A DNA stretch of 64,000 nucleotides from assembly GCA_964035545.1 (NCBI GenBank), contig OZ037765.1:16058995-16122994 (forward strand), given 5' to 3'. The position numbers were made by a program, and so were the translations under genes. How positions within the stretch are numbered: position 1 is the stretch's first letter; each line of letters starts with the position of its first letter. The DNA is from Bugula neritina (Eukaryota; Animalia; Bryozoa). This document shows, piece by piece, positions 1 through 10,747 of the stretch. The notes under the pieces were generated by a model that did not search any database, was not told the origin of the DNA, and saw only the letters and a program-made list of their open reading frames with translations.

Positions 1-237
1 AAATAATTATATTATTATTATCTGGTTACTGTCAGCTATTGAACTTTCACTCCATGAAATTAAAAGTTTACCATATTCATATTGATATTACGATATTTAA
101 CATAAATGTTGAAAATATTATCATAACAGTGATACTGATATTGGGATAATTGCAATAATGGAAACAATAATATAATAATATCTAAAATACGATATCATAA
201 CTTCAACTCAGTAACTAAGTTGAAGTTATGAGTTGCT

Positions 238-1271
238 TGTAGAAGCATGTATGTGCTGTTGGGTGCGCAAGTATCTACTTTATCCAAACGATAAAGATCT
301 ACTCAATACTAATCACTAAGGTTCTGAAAAGTTGTTATGCTCTGTAAAATGTAAGTAGGGTAACGCTGCTGTGAAGGAAGACATGGCCAAGGTTGTGAAG
401 AGGTGTTATGTTTGCCAACAAATTGACCTTGCACCAATAAAATGAAAAAATGGCAAAATTTCAGTTGAAAGGACATGGGCCGGGGTGGCATCAGATATCA
501 CCCACTTTCAAGGAGTTCCCTATCTAACAGTTAGTGATTGTGGGCTAAGCAAGTTCACAATATGAAAGCAATTGAAGAATGAAACATTTGAGACGTTGTA
601 AGACAACTGGAACAATTGCTCTATGAGAGAAGCCCCCAAAAGAACTGCTGACTGATAATGAACTATGATTTTGCGGCGAGAAGATGATGAATTGATGGCC
701 AAGTGGAATTTTGAGCACATATTCTGCTGTGCATATGAGCAGCAGTGAAATGGCATAGCAGAACGACATCACACAACAGTAAAGCGAATGATGGCTAGGT
801 TGGGTCGAATTGCACAGGAAATGCTGTACTATACAACTTCTCTCCAAGAGTAGGAGGCTGCACACCAGCAGAGGAAGTGTACAAGCACAATATTCAATCT
901 CTCTCGAATGTGACTGGCAATTCCTGTCCTCCAATTCCTGACTGGCAATTCCTGTCCGGGCACCGATTCAGGTGGGTCGGATGATCAGCACCCAAATTCA
1001 GGTCGAATATTGAACTTTTGTGCCAGGGAAGTTTTAGTATAAAAGGCTGGCATTTTCTGTTATGAATGAGTCTTGAAGAAGCATTCCTGTGGACTACTTG
1101 GAACTATTTTATCAACTACTATTCTTTCTACTTGTGAGCCCTTTTTCTCAGCAGGCTTATAATAAAGTGCTCGACATCTACCTATTCTATCTTCTCAGAC
1201 TCTTACAAAAAGTTCTATGTTCAATCAGCACGGTCACTGTCAGCAGTAGACAAACCCACACATTTACTGCA
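238..1271 (+). mobile_element. Possible solo LTR or LTR-like remnant
   Basis: GC-richer island in low-complexity flanks. It starts TGTAG and ends CTGCA, has a tandem duplication TGACTGGCAATTCCTGTCC (~911-958), TATAAAA at ~1038 and AATAAA at 1161. No matching TSD was found, so the boundaries are uncertain. Confidence 0.3.
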
Positions 1272-1279
1272 GTATAGAC

Positions 1280-2749
1280 TATAAACATAGTGATTGTGAT
1301 AGTATTATTATTATTATTACAGTTTGAGTTACTACTTCAAGTTGAAGTCTAAGTGTAACATTAACTAATACTACCACTGTAAGACTAAGTGTAAGACAAA
1401 ATGAAGTAATGAAGTATAACTTAAAGTTAAACTATAAGTATAAGTATATCAGTATTACCATTACTAAGTCTAATACTAATAGTTATACTAATAATATACT
1501 GTATACGGTAGGTATTACCATTGGCATTAGGCATTACGGTTATGATTAGGCTTAGCATTACTATTAGTATTAGTATTATTTATCAGAATGAGTATCAGTA
1601 TGAGTATTACTATTACTACTACTTATCAATATTAGTATTAGTATAACTATAAGTATATCATTATGGTTATCATTATCATTGTATGATTACTAAATTCAAT
1701 ATTAAAATGAATATCAATATTAACAATAATTAAGTCATTATGATTAAGTTTAACAAAAATAAAACATATTGATATTGAATTATTAAATACTAAATCTATA
1801 TCCGTGGTAGAGGGCACTGAGAGTTACAGTGTCAGTAATGGTCTGATAATCATAATAAATATAACAATAAAGATACTAAATGATAGTTATTAGTTTGCTA
1901 TGGCTTCAATAGCTTCTCTGATTCTACTTTGGCTACTCTTACCCTGCTCAAGTTCGGAGGCAGTTACAAAGTTTTGTAAGAAGTGACATTACTTAGAGTT
2001 ATGTCTCTTTTAAACAAGAAAACCCTCTGTACTTTCCCGGGGATAACGAGGACTTGCAAAATTTGTGGGACGCTAACTCGGACTTCAAGCATCCAGGCGA
2101 ATGCATAATTGAATTAAGACTTGAGGCTCAATCTGGCGATTTCAGTAAAACCATTGAAACTTAAGATCTAAAATTATTATTAATTAATATTATGGAGCTG
2201 AAGTTAAAAAAGTTTTCTTTTGTTTGAAAATGAAATGTTACACTTCTAAGTTAATATAAGATATCGTGAATAAAAATTAGGATTATTAATATTAAATCTA
2301 ATAATCAATGGAATTACTAAGTATTACTGTTATTATAATTATTACTTGTAGTTATACTTATAGTTATTGGTTAATACTTACAGTTAGAGTTACACTTACT
2401 GTCTTAAACTAAAACTTAGTCTCATACTTATAGTTAATGTTATAGTTATAGTAATACTTATACTAATACTAATAGTAATACCAATAGTAATGCTATTACC
2501 ATTAGTATTAGTATTATAATCAGTATTACTATTAGTATTAGTGTTACTGTTAGTGTTAGTCTTAAAATTTACAAAGTATTACTATTAGTATTACTAATAC
2601 TAATACTAATACTAATAGACTAATAGTGATATTTATATTATTAGTGTTAGTTTTACATAGTATTAACTTAAACTAATACTAATACTAATGGTAATACTTA
2701 TACTAATAGTAATACTAATAGAGATACTAATAGTAATAGTAATACTAAT
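1280..2749. repeat. Degenerate (TAN)n low-complexity tract (TACTAA/TAGTAA/TAGTAT), interrupted at ~1890-2230
   Basis: Visible 3/6-bp periodicity, e.g. tactaatactaatagtaataccaatagtaa; the pattern resumes after the Gypsy insertion at 7250. Confidence 0.75.
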
Positions 2750-2981
2750 TGTTTTATGTTGATTTGTGATATTATTTCAGCTATCGTGAAAAGACAGAAC
2801 GTGCTCGAGTTAGTTGATAAACGTAAGAGGCCGAAGCCGTGATTTATTACCACAATATATATACACGAAAATACTAAAACTATTACAATAAGTGATACAA
2901 TTAATTATTAAGATTATGACAAAAAATAGTAAAATAATAAAATAACAAATTAGAAATAAATGTTTACATGAACACCGAACA
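2750..2981 (-). repeat. 3' LTR of the Gypsy element
   Basis: Direct repeat of 7018-7249, preceded on the minus strand by a short purine tract (TGTGGGAGA). Confidence 0.95.
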
Positions 2982-3022
2982 TCTCCCACAGAATAGAAAA
3001 AAGCTATTTAGATATGATTGTT

Positions 3023-6000
3023 TTAAGAGGGCACATAGTCTGCCATCCAACTAGGTGGCTTCCGTTCTCTGGTTGAACGTCTTAGATTGTCGCTATGATT
3101 GGCGCTCTCGGTGGTGTCAACCTGGGTACTACTAGCGTTTTGTTTAGGATCCTTTGGTGTCTCAGGACTCGCTGGCTCCGTGACGAGTGGTCTGATGTCT
3201 CGCCGGTTTCTCCGAAAGAGGTTGTTGTTAAGTTGTATGGCATAGGCTCTGCTACTCAATTGTTTGTTAATTTGCGCCTCCTGCCATTTTCTCCGGTGCT
3301 GACTCCAGTCTCGAACCAAAACTGGTTGCCCTTCTTTCAGCACTGCCAAATCTCTTGCACCGTCATTGCATCTCTGCTGCAGTTTTTCATTGCGGCCCTG
3401 CTTTTCCCACCAACCTTGGTTGTTCTCTGTTTCTGGCCGAACTTGTGGGAGTACTGACCTGGTGGGTCTTCCGATAAGTTGCTGAATTGGGCTGGCCGTC
3501 AGGCCTTCTTTGGTGGTGTTGAGATGTTCCAGTAACGCAAGTTCGGGCTCTTCACATCTGCGGAGTATACGTTTGGCTATCTTCACAGCAGACTCTGCCT
3601 TCCCATTGGACTGAGGATGATATGGAGAGCTGGTGGTGTGTGTGAAATTCCATGATTGGCTGAAAGTGGAAAACTGGTGCGAGGTAAACTGTGGTCCGTT
3701 GTCAGTGTGAACCTGTCTGGGTATTCCCAGGCGTCCAAAACAGCGCTTTATGGAGTTGATAACAGCCTCTGCTGTTTGGTTGTCCAGTCGGTCATATTCA
3801 AGGTAGTCAGTCGTATAGTCAACAATAGTAATGTAGTGAGTGTGATTGTATTCAAACAAGTCAATTCCTACTTTGGTCCAGGGTTGTTGGGGAACTGTGT
3901 GGAGTAAAAGTGTTTCCTTCTGTTGCCGGGGAGCATCCAGTTGACATTGTCGACAGTTAGCAATATTGTTTTTGATGTCATTGGTGATGCCAAGCCAAAA
4001 CACTGTGTGGCGGGCACGTCTTAGTGTGGAGTTAATCCCATTATGGCCGGTGTGAAGTAGTTGGAGAAACTTTCTCTGGAGTGTCTTTGGAATAATGGCT
4101 CGTAGTCCTTTGTAAACAATGCCATTGTCAATAGATAGTTCGTCCTGAAAGTGTTTGTACTTGTCGTGAGTTGTGCAGTTGGCAATGTTCCAGTCATGTT
4201 TAATAAGGTTTGTCAGTGTCATAAGTTCATTGTCCTGTGCAGTAGCAGTCCTAATGTTGTCAATTAAGTCGTCACAAACAGGAGCATCATTATTTTGAGA
4301 GTCAATGTGAAAAATGTGTTCTGGTAGTTGTTGATAGTTGGGGGAGTCAAAGTATGAGTCTCTTGAGAGTAAGTCAGCCGTGATCTGTTCAGCACCCTTT
4401 TGCCAAGTTACCTTAATGTTGGGGTATCTTTGTAAGTGAAGAAGCATAGCCTGCAACCTCCGAGATGCCTTATGAATGGATTTCCTGAAAATAGATACAA
4501 GGGGTTTGTGGTCAGTTTGGATAGTGACAGCATGGTGACCAAAGATATACTGGTCAAAGCGTTCAGTGCCAAACACTATGGCAAGGCACTCAAGCTCTAG
4601 TGGCACATAGTTCTGTTCCGATTTTGTTAAACTGCGAGATGCATATGCTACAGGCTTGCCTCCTTGCATGAGTGTTGCACCCACACCAGCATTTGAAGCG
4701 TCAGTTTGTATAGTTACTGGCTTGTTGCAGTCAAAGTATTGTAGAGTTTCTGAGTCAGTTAGTAAGGTCTTCAGTCTATTAAAAGCGTTCATTTGGTCGT
4801 CAGTCCAGTGAAAGTCTTGAGCATTGTCTTGTGTCAGTAAACGTCGTAATGGTTCAGATTCCGATGCTAGGTTGCTAATAAATTTTGACATGTATGTGAT
4901 GTGACCAAGGAATCGTTTTACTCCCTGTGGAGATGAGGGAGGTTTCATCTTAAGAATGGCTTTTACTTTGTTAGGATCTGGTTTAAGTCCATTAGTTGTC
5001 AGTATGTGTCCAATGTAAGGTAGTTCGTCCTGAAGGAAGCGGGATTTTTCCTTGTTCAGTCTCAGTCCTGTCTGTCGAGCACGTTTGAAGAGCGCTTCAA
5101 GGTTTCTATCATGCTCTTTCCTTGTGCTTCCAAAAATTAGGATGTCATCTGCAACTATGGTGATGCCATCAAGACCAGCAAGATTTTCCGTGAGCCTTCT
5201 CTGAAACTCCTCCGGCGCTGATGCAATTCCAAAGGGTAGCCTTAGGTACTTGTACTTTCCTATGGGAGTCCAGAAAGTTGTCAAGTCTGTAGATTCCTCA
5301 GCTAGGGGAATTTGATAGAAACCTTTTTTGGCGTCACACAAGGAGAAAAACTTGGCACCGTTGAGTTGTGGCAAAACATCTTCCAATGTTGGCATGACAG
5401 CGTGGTTTCGTTTAATTGCTTGATTGAGATTTTGCGGATCTATGCAGATGCGTATCTTTCCATTAGGCTTGCGCACTGGTTGTAGATGGCTTATCCAGTC
5501 TGTAGGTGCTTCTACCTTAGCGATAATTTGACGTTGTTCTAGTTCAAGAATAGTCTTGATGAGATCTGATTTCATCGACAAGGGCACCTTCCGCGGTCGG
5601 ACTTGCACTGGTACAGCTTCAGGTCTTAGCTCTATCCTATATTCCTGTTCAAACTTTCCAAGTCCGGTAAATATGTCATCAAAGTTAGTCAGTAAAGTCT
5701 GAAGGTCTGGGTCAGTAGTGGCAAAGTTTACATTCTCGATTTTGGTGCTGGGCATTTGTAATAAATCCAGGTGCAAACATGATTTCCATGACAGCAAGCT
5801 ATGTTGGGTGGTTTCCACAACTAGGAATTTTAATGTAGTGTAACATCCTTGCTTGTTTAGTATCTGTATCCGTGTCCACCCTAGTGGTGCACACTTGCTC
5901 TGGTCATATAAAGTTAGTACAGTATCAGTCGGTGTAAGTTTCGGTCTACCTAGCTTGTCGTAGTCGATCGTATTCAAAGTATTGCATGATGCACCAGTGT

Positions 6001-6973
6001 CAAGTTGGAATTCAATGTCATAAATAGTATCTGCTTGCTTAGCAGTGAGCATCGCTAATAATTTACGATCTCGTACAGTAGTGGAGATAGTACTTACATG
6101 TTGAGAGTCACTGTCTGAAGAGTAATTCCAGGTGACTTGATTGGCTGTTTCGGTTGAGTCGCGATAATGATGCATGCGTGACCTGCAGTATGCAGCAAAG
6201 TGGTTAAATTTCTTGCAATGATTGCACTGTTTCCCATATGCTGGGCATGCTCGAGGTGGGTGATTGCCTCCACAGTTTCCACACCTAGAAGCACCAACTG
6301 ATTTTCTGACGTTGGGCTGAGAGTGAGTGTGTGAAAGTTGTCCTCTGTGTTTATCAGTGTTACGAGTGTCATTAGAGTGATATTGATGAGTCGGAGGTCT
6401 ATGTTTTACCAAGTTCACTTGTTCGAGTCCATATGTGTTATCCTTAGTCATAGTCTTGTAGTCAATAGCCGATGCTTCTTCTCGTCTGCAGAGTTCAATT
6501 GCTTTGTCAAAGTCAGTCAAGTCAAACAGTTTCTTTCTAATCTTGTCACTTTCAATTCCCAGTATCAGTGCCTGTAGTATCAGTCGGTTGTACATGTCTT
6601 TTAAGTCACATAGTCCTGCAATGGTATGTAGTTCAGTCAAAAATTCGTCAATAGTTCTATTTCCTTGCTTACAAGTCAGTAGTGAGTGAGTCTTAGCCAC
6701 TAAGTTTATTCTTGGTTTGCAGTAGTCATCAAACTGCGTCACAACTTTGTCATAGTCAGTTTTGTCATTGTTGTCAGTCCAGTTGAAAGAGTCGTATATT
6801 TGGTTGCCTCGGCGACCGATAGTTCTAAGTAGGTATGCAGTTTTCACTTTGCCTTCGGCTGTATCTTTCGATGTGGCCGTTAAAAAAAGTTCGAAGTCAC
6901 GTTTAAAAATCTTCCATTCCTCAGGTAAATTCGGTCCATCTGCTAATGGTTTTGGCGCTAGTAATTGCTCCAT
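3023..6973 (-). CDS. Gag-Pol polyprotein (Gag with two zinc knuckles, aspartic protease, RT, RNase H, integrase), 1316 aa
   Basis: Knuckles CGNCGGNHPPRAC and CNHCKKFNHFAAYC; protease LDTGAS; RT LCDAKKGFYQ, LPFGIASAP and VADD; RNase H TDAS...ELECLA...TDHKPL; integrase H-x3-H...C-x2-C, IDLF, TDNGPQF and SNGKAE. The PR-RT-RH-IN order is Gypsy-type. Confidence 0.97.
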   Translation of the reverse strand: MEQLLAPKPLADGPNLPEEWKIFKRDFELFLTATSKDTAEGKVKTAYLLRTIGRRGNQIYDSFNWTDNNDKTDYDKVVTQFDDYCKPRINLVAKTHSLLTCKQGNRTIDEFLTELHTIAGLCDLKDMYNRLILQALILGIESDKIRKKLFDLTDFDKAIELCRREEASAIDYKTMTKDNTYGLEQVNLVKHRPPTHQYHSNDTRNTDKHRGQLSHTHSQPNVRKSVGASRCGNCGGNHPPRACPAYGKQCNHCKKFNHFAAYCRSRMHHYRDSTETANQVTWNYSSDSDSQHVSTISTTVRDRKLLAMLTAKQADTIYDIEFQLDTGASCNTLNTIDYDKLGRPKLTPTDTVLTLYDQSKCAPLGWTRIQILNKQGCYTTLKFLVVETTQHSLLSWKSCLHLDLLQMPSTKIENVNFATTDPDLQTLLTNFDDIFTGLGKFEQEYRIELRPEAVPVQVRPRKVPLSMKSDLIKTILELEQRQIIAKVEAPTDWISHLQPVRKPNGKIRICIDPQNLNQAIKRNHAVMPTLEDVLPQLNGAKFFSLCDAKKGFYQIPLAEESTDLTTFWTPIGKYKYLRLPFGIASAPEEFQRRLTENLAGLDGITIVADDILIFGSTRKEHDRNLEALFKRARQTGLRLNKEKSRFLQDELPYIGHILTTNGLKPDPNKVKAILKMKPPSSPQGVKRFLGHITYMSKFISNLASESEPLRRLLTQDNAQDFHWTDDQMNAFNRLKTLLTDSETLQYFDCNKPVTIQTDASNAGVGATLMQGGKPVAYASRSLTKSEQNYVPLELECLAIVFGTERFDQYIFGHHAVTIQTDHKPLVSIFRKSIHKASRRLQAMLLHLQRYPNIKVTWQKGAEQITADLLSRDSYFDSPNYQQLPEHIFHIDSQNNDAPVCDDLIDNIRTATAQDNELMTLTNLIKHDWNIANCTTHDKYKHFQDELSIDNGIVYKGLRAIIPKTLQRKFLQLLHTGHNGINSTLRRARHTVFWLGITNDIKNNIANCRQCQLDAPRQQKETLLLHTVPQQPWTKVGIDLFEYNHTHYITIVDYTTDYLEYDRLDNQTAEAVINSIKRCFGRLGIPRQVHTDNGPQFTSHQFSTFSQSWNFTHTTSSPYHPQSNGKAESAVKIAKRILRRCEEPELALLEHLNTTKEGLTASPIQQLIGRPTRSVLPQVRPETENNQGWWEKQGRNEKLQQRCNDGARDLAVLKEGQPVLVRDWSQHRRKWQEAQINKQLSSRAYAIQLNNNLFRRNRRDIRPLVTEPASPETPKDPKQNASSTQVDTTESANHSDNLRRSTRERKPPSWMADYVPS

Positions 6974-7004
6974 GTTATTTCAGTGTAATATTAATAATAA
7001 TTAG

Positions 7005-7017
7005 ACTCGGGGCACCA
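7005..7017 (-). promoter_or_regulatory. Primer binding site TGGTGCCCCGAGT (resembles the complement of the elongator tRNA-Met 3' end)
   Basis: Directly follows the 5' LTR on the minus strand and begins TGG. Animal elongator tRNA-Met ends ...CGGGGCACCA (recalled). Confidence 0.7.
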
Positions 7018-7249
7018 TGTTTTATGTTGATTTGTGATATTATTTCAGCTATCGTGAAAAGACAGAACGTGCTCGAGTTAGTTGATAAACGTAAGAGGCC
7101 GAAGCCGTGATTTATTACCACAATATATATACACGAAAATACTAAAACTATTACAATAAGTGATACAATTAATTATTAAGATTATGACAAAAAATAGTAA
7201 AATAATAAAATAACAAATTAGAAATAAATGTTTACATGAACACCGAACA
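7018..7249 (-). repeat. 5' LTR of the Gypsy element
   Basis: Direct repeat of 2750-2981, followed on + by the TSD CTAAT. Confidence 0.95.
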
Positions 7250-7522
7250 CTAATAGTATCAGTTCAGTGATAGTGTTACAGGTATACTTATGGTAATTCT
7301 ATTACTATTACTATTAGACTTGGTATTCTTAATTTTTAATAATCAATAATCGATAAAAGTAAAAAAACCTAGTCAAATATCTTGGTCATCAATAATATTA
7401 GTTATTAAATTAAAATACAAAAATAGGTATAATTATAATCATAATTATAATCATAATATTAATAATATATTAATAATATTATTATTATAATTATAATGAT
7501 TATAATCCAGCATAATCATAAT

Positions 7523-8029
7523 GGGTGCAGGTCATTTCCTACACAAGACGTTTCGTACCCACTCTTTCAGGTCATTTCGTACACATCAATATAAATTTAT
7601 TGAAATACATCTTTTTTGGTATTTATTTCTTATTTAATTAATGATTCATACAGTACTGCTCGCAAGTAACTTGTACATTTGATAATATTAGTAATTAATA
7701 AACAATAGATTAATATAAAACATTGATCAAAATAAAACCAAAAAAGAGTAGCATGTTAAATAATTATATGAAAATAAAAATTAATGCATTTATCATAACA
7801 GATTAGTATAAAACATTGATCAATAGGTGACAAGGGAGGTGTGAAAGATACTTGATAGAATGCAATAAAATTAAAAAAGTAAACTAGTATCATTAAAGTG
7901 GTTATTCAGTTGATTAGTTTATTATTCCTTTTGTGTGCGAAGTGGACAGCAGTTGGTGTACGAAATGACCATTTTGTAGATGAAACAAATGATGTACGAA
8001 ACGACTCGTGTACGGAACGACAGTAACCC
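7523..8029. mobile_element. Non-autonomous TIR DNA transposon (MULE-like; hAT not excluded)
   Basis: GGGT...ACCC termini. The subterminal motif GTCATTTCGTACAC occurs ~3 times on the left and its inverse GTGTACGAAATGAC ~4 times on the right. TSD ATCATAAT at 7515-7522 and 8030-8037 (9 bp if the left end is shifted by one base). Confidence 0.8.
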
Positions 8030-8139
8030 ATCATAATGATGGTCATGATAATAATGATCATCGTGATTTACATTGTCATTGTTGTTATGATTATTATTAT
8101 TGTTATTATAGATTTATTATTATATTATAATTATTTATT

Positions 8140-8780
8140 GAACCATCATACATCAAATAAAATGCTAAATGCTAAAAGACAGTTGGATATGGTTAAAAGA
8201 GCTCTCTACGAGCAAGATTGATTGCATACAAAGCATTATCATTGTGTCTACCTTGAGTATGCCAGCGCAGCTTTTGGCCCAACCTTCAAGAATGATATTT
8301 CTGGCTTAGAAAAGATACAAATGAATGCTGTATGATTCATAGTCAATATTATTATTAAAGGCCGCGAAGATGTCGAAAGTGCCTACAGCCCTTTGAACAA
8401 AGAAGGAGAATCAAACATAATAATCTCCTTATAAAGATTCTCGCGAAAAAAGAACAACATCCTGCTCTCAGCTCTGCCTATGATGACCTGCTGAACAAGC
8501 CAACAAACAGCACTATACAGACTCGCTCCCAAACGAGGGGACAGCTCCAATCAGTTGGTTCGAACAGTACCAAGTACCTGAACAGTTTTCTTCCAAGGAC
8601 TATCCAAGATCTGAAAATTGGTCACAATCAAGGCAATTATTCCAAAATCTGCTCACAGACAGGATTTAGTTTCTGTTCAATCAATACAACCCAACCAGTA
8701 CTAACTGTATGACTATTGGCCAATGACTGTCCAACAAATTACTCATATGTGGCACACCCCTTCCTCTCTCTAGGGCGCTC
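8140..8780 (+). mobile_element. 5'-truncated, decayed LINE (CR1/L2-group ORF2 C-terminus and 3' UTR)
   Basis: Frameshifted translation gives AKRQLDMVKRAL...LEYASAAFGPTFKNDISGLEKIQMNAV...LEQRR...YLNSFLPRTIQDLK, matching the LEYAS/LEKIQ/SFFPRTI pattern at the end of CR1-type ORF2. Confidence 0.75.
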
Positions 8781-10747
8781 CAGTATGATGATTACTTCGA
8801 GTAATATGAGTATAAGTACTCAATAAGGATTATCATTATGAATGATAAATTATAATCATATTGCTCGTTATCATCAAGTAATCATTGTAAATCATGGTTA
8901 TCATTATGATTATGGCAACCGTATTGATAATCTAATGGTCATTTGGTCAGCAGCAAGCCAACAAATACTCGGTAATGAAATACAACTTCGGCTGAAATTG
9001 CCATTTGATCAAAATTTGTTATTTTAATTTAATTATAGGGGAAAGTGAAGCTAGTTGAACCACATGCTTTAAAAGTAATTTTTTTGTTTGACTGATGATC
9101 ATTATTTTATCTTACCTCTTCTACTTGAGAGCTTTCTAGGTGAACTAGCAGATGTTTTGAAAAACATGGAAGCAAAGCAAAAGTTTTCAGGTGATCGAGT
9201 ATTTTTAGAATTTTTTGCATTTATGAAAAATGATTCAACTAAAATTTTATCATTAAATTTTCATGGCTTTTCAAGTCTTAATTGCCCAATCAAATAAATT
9301 CGCGCATGTATTGTCAACATGACTTCAAAGCTGGGCAATAACCTAAAGTTACAGAGTAATCTCATTCTCAGCAGATATTGGCAATAATTTGTAGCGTGAC
9401 AGTGGGAGGTTACTTGAACCGGAGTGGTGGTGGGGCAATGATTTTATCATTTTCTAATTTAAATTTTACTGCTATCAATATGTGAATACAAACATACAAT
9501 TAGTCCGAGAACATATAAAAGTGTAGGCTGATAGTGTAATTCAAATATCCTGTAATACTAATAGTCAATTAACTAAATTTAAATTTAATTAAATTTGCAG
9601 TAGCGCATTATGATTATAATTATTTCAAGCTTAAAATATAAATTAGTGTTGCTATTGCTAAGTCTAATAGTAATATGAGTATGTTATGCCCAAGTCTAAT
9701 GTAATTCACTTTCAGTTTGAGTTGCATGTATTGGTATTAGTATTAATATTACTGTCACTCTGTTAATAATGGTTAAAGTTTATTATGTTTTGTTGTTTAT
9801 GTTGTGCATGCATAATAACTATAAGTATGTTTATAAGTATAATATTAACTGTTAAGCTGATTAATCATTAAGTGATTAACCGTATAAGTTATGGTAGAAA
9901 AGAATTAAAATTTGAAGAATAAAAATAATTATTATTATAGTATCAATATCTATATGACTAAATTTAATTTAATGATTAACACTCACAATGACAGTGCTTA
10001 GTTCTTACACTTAGCATTGTGATCTTTAAGTGGGCCATTTTCAAAGTTATTTAAAATCACTGCATCACCAGACTGATCATTCAAAGTAAGCTAGAAGATG
10101 AGGCAGTACTCAGCAAGCTCACTTTATATTACACACATTGACACTGGCATTTGCTTGTAAATAGCAATATGACTGTGTTTGCTTGGAATTAAGATGTTGA
10201 GTCAAAATTATTTAATATTATGGCCAGTAATTGATTACTCTTATCACTATGGGTCTATACCTATATATTCAGTGTACTATATCAACGATAATGATATTAT
10301 AATTTAAATGTAAGATGTGAAATACCCCATTCACATTTCGCCTTCACACAAATTTAAATTTAGTTCTTAGAGATGAAGAGAATTTTGCTACAATTGGGTG
10401 TGTGTTGGCACTAGGTTATGCTAGCCATGAATTAGTAAAATTAAATGTTCAACATGTAGAGAAGCCACTGAAACCAAATAGTGTTTAAAACTTTTTAAAT
10501 TGTTGCAAAACCTGCAAATATGAATTTTTTTACTGTGATTAGCTCTTATTAGGGCTCACAAAAACAGCCTGTAATATTTTTAAGTGCGTCAAAACTAGCA
10601 AAATTAGAATACGTGAAGAAGCATAATCAAGGCTGTAAGAGTTATTTTTCTGAAACTAAAGTAATTTTCATTTATCGTATTAGACATTTCGATCTGTATC
10701 ATGATTATGATGATTGTTATGTTTTAGAGCTCGTGATACTAACACTT

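Larger units (their letters stand above)
2750..7249 (-). mobile_element. Full-length Ty3/Gypsy (Mag-like) LTR retrotransposon, 4500 bp
   Basis: Two 232-bp TG...CA LTRs (2750-2981 and 7018-7249) that are identical by eye. 5-bp TSD CTAAT at 2745-2749 and 7250-7254. PBS abuts the 5' LTR. A single gag-pol ORF fills the interior. Confidence 0.97.

Noticed and set aside
2400-2749. CRISPR-like or telomeric repeat array
   Set aside because: A degenerate simple repeat with no repeat-spacer structure and no exact telomeric unit; eukaryotic context.
3095-7004. Several short ORFs overlapping gag-pol
   Set aside because: Antisense or alternate-frame by-products of the long ORF, with no independent motifs.
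9088-9440. Weak inverted similarity to ~1930-2180 (CAAGTCTTAATT, AGTAAT.TCA)
   Set aside because: The matches are too short to define a repeat family by eye.
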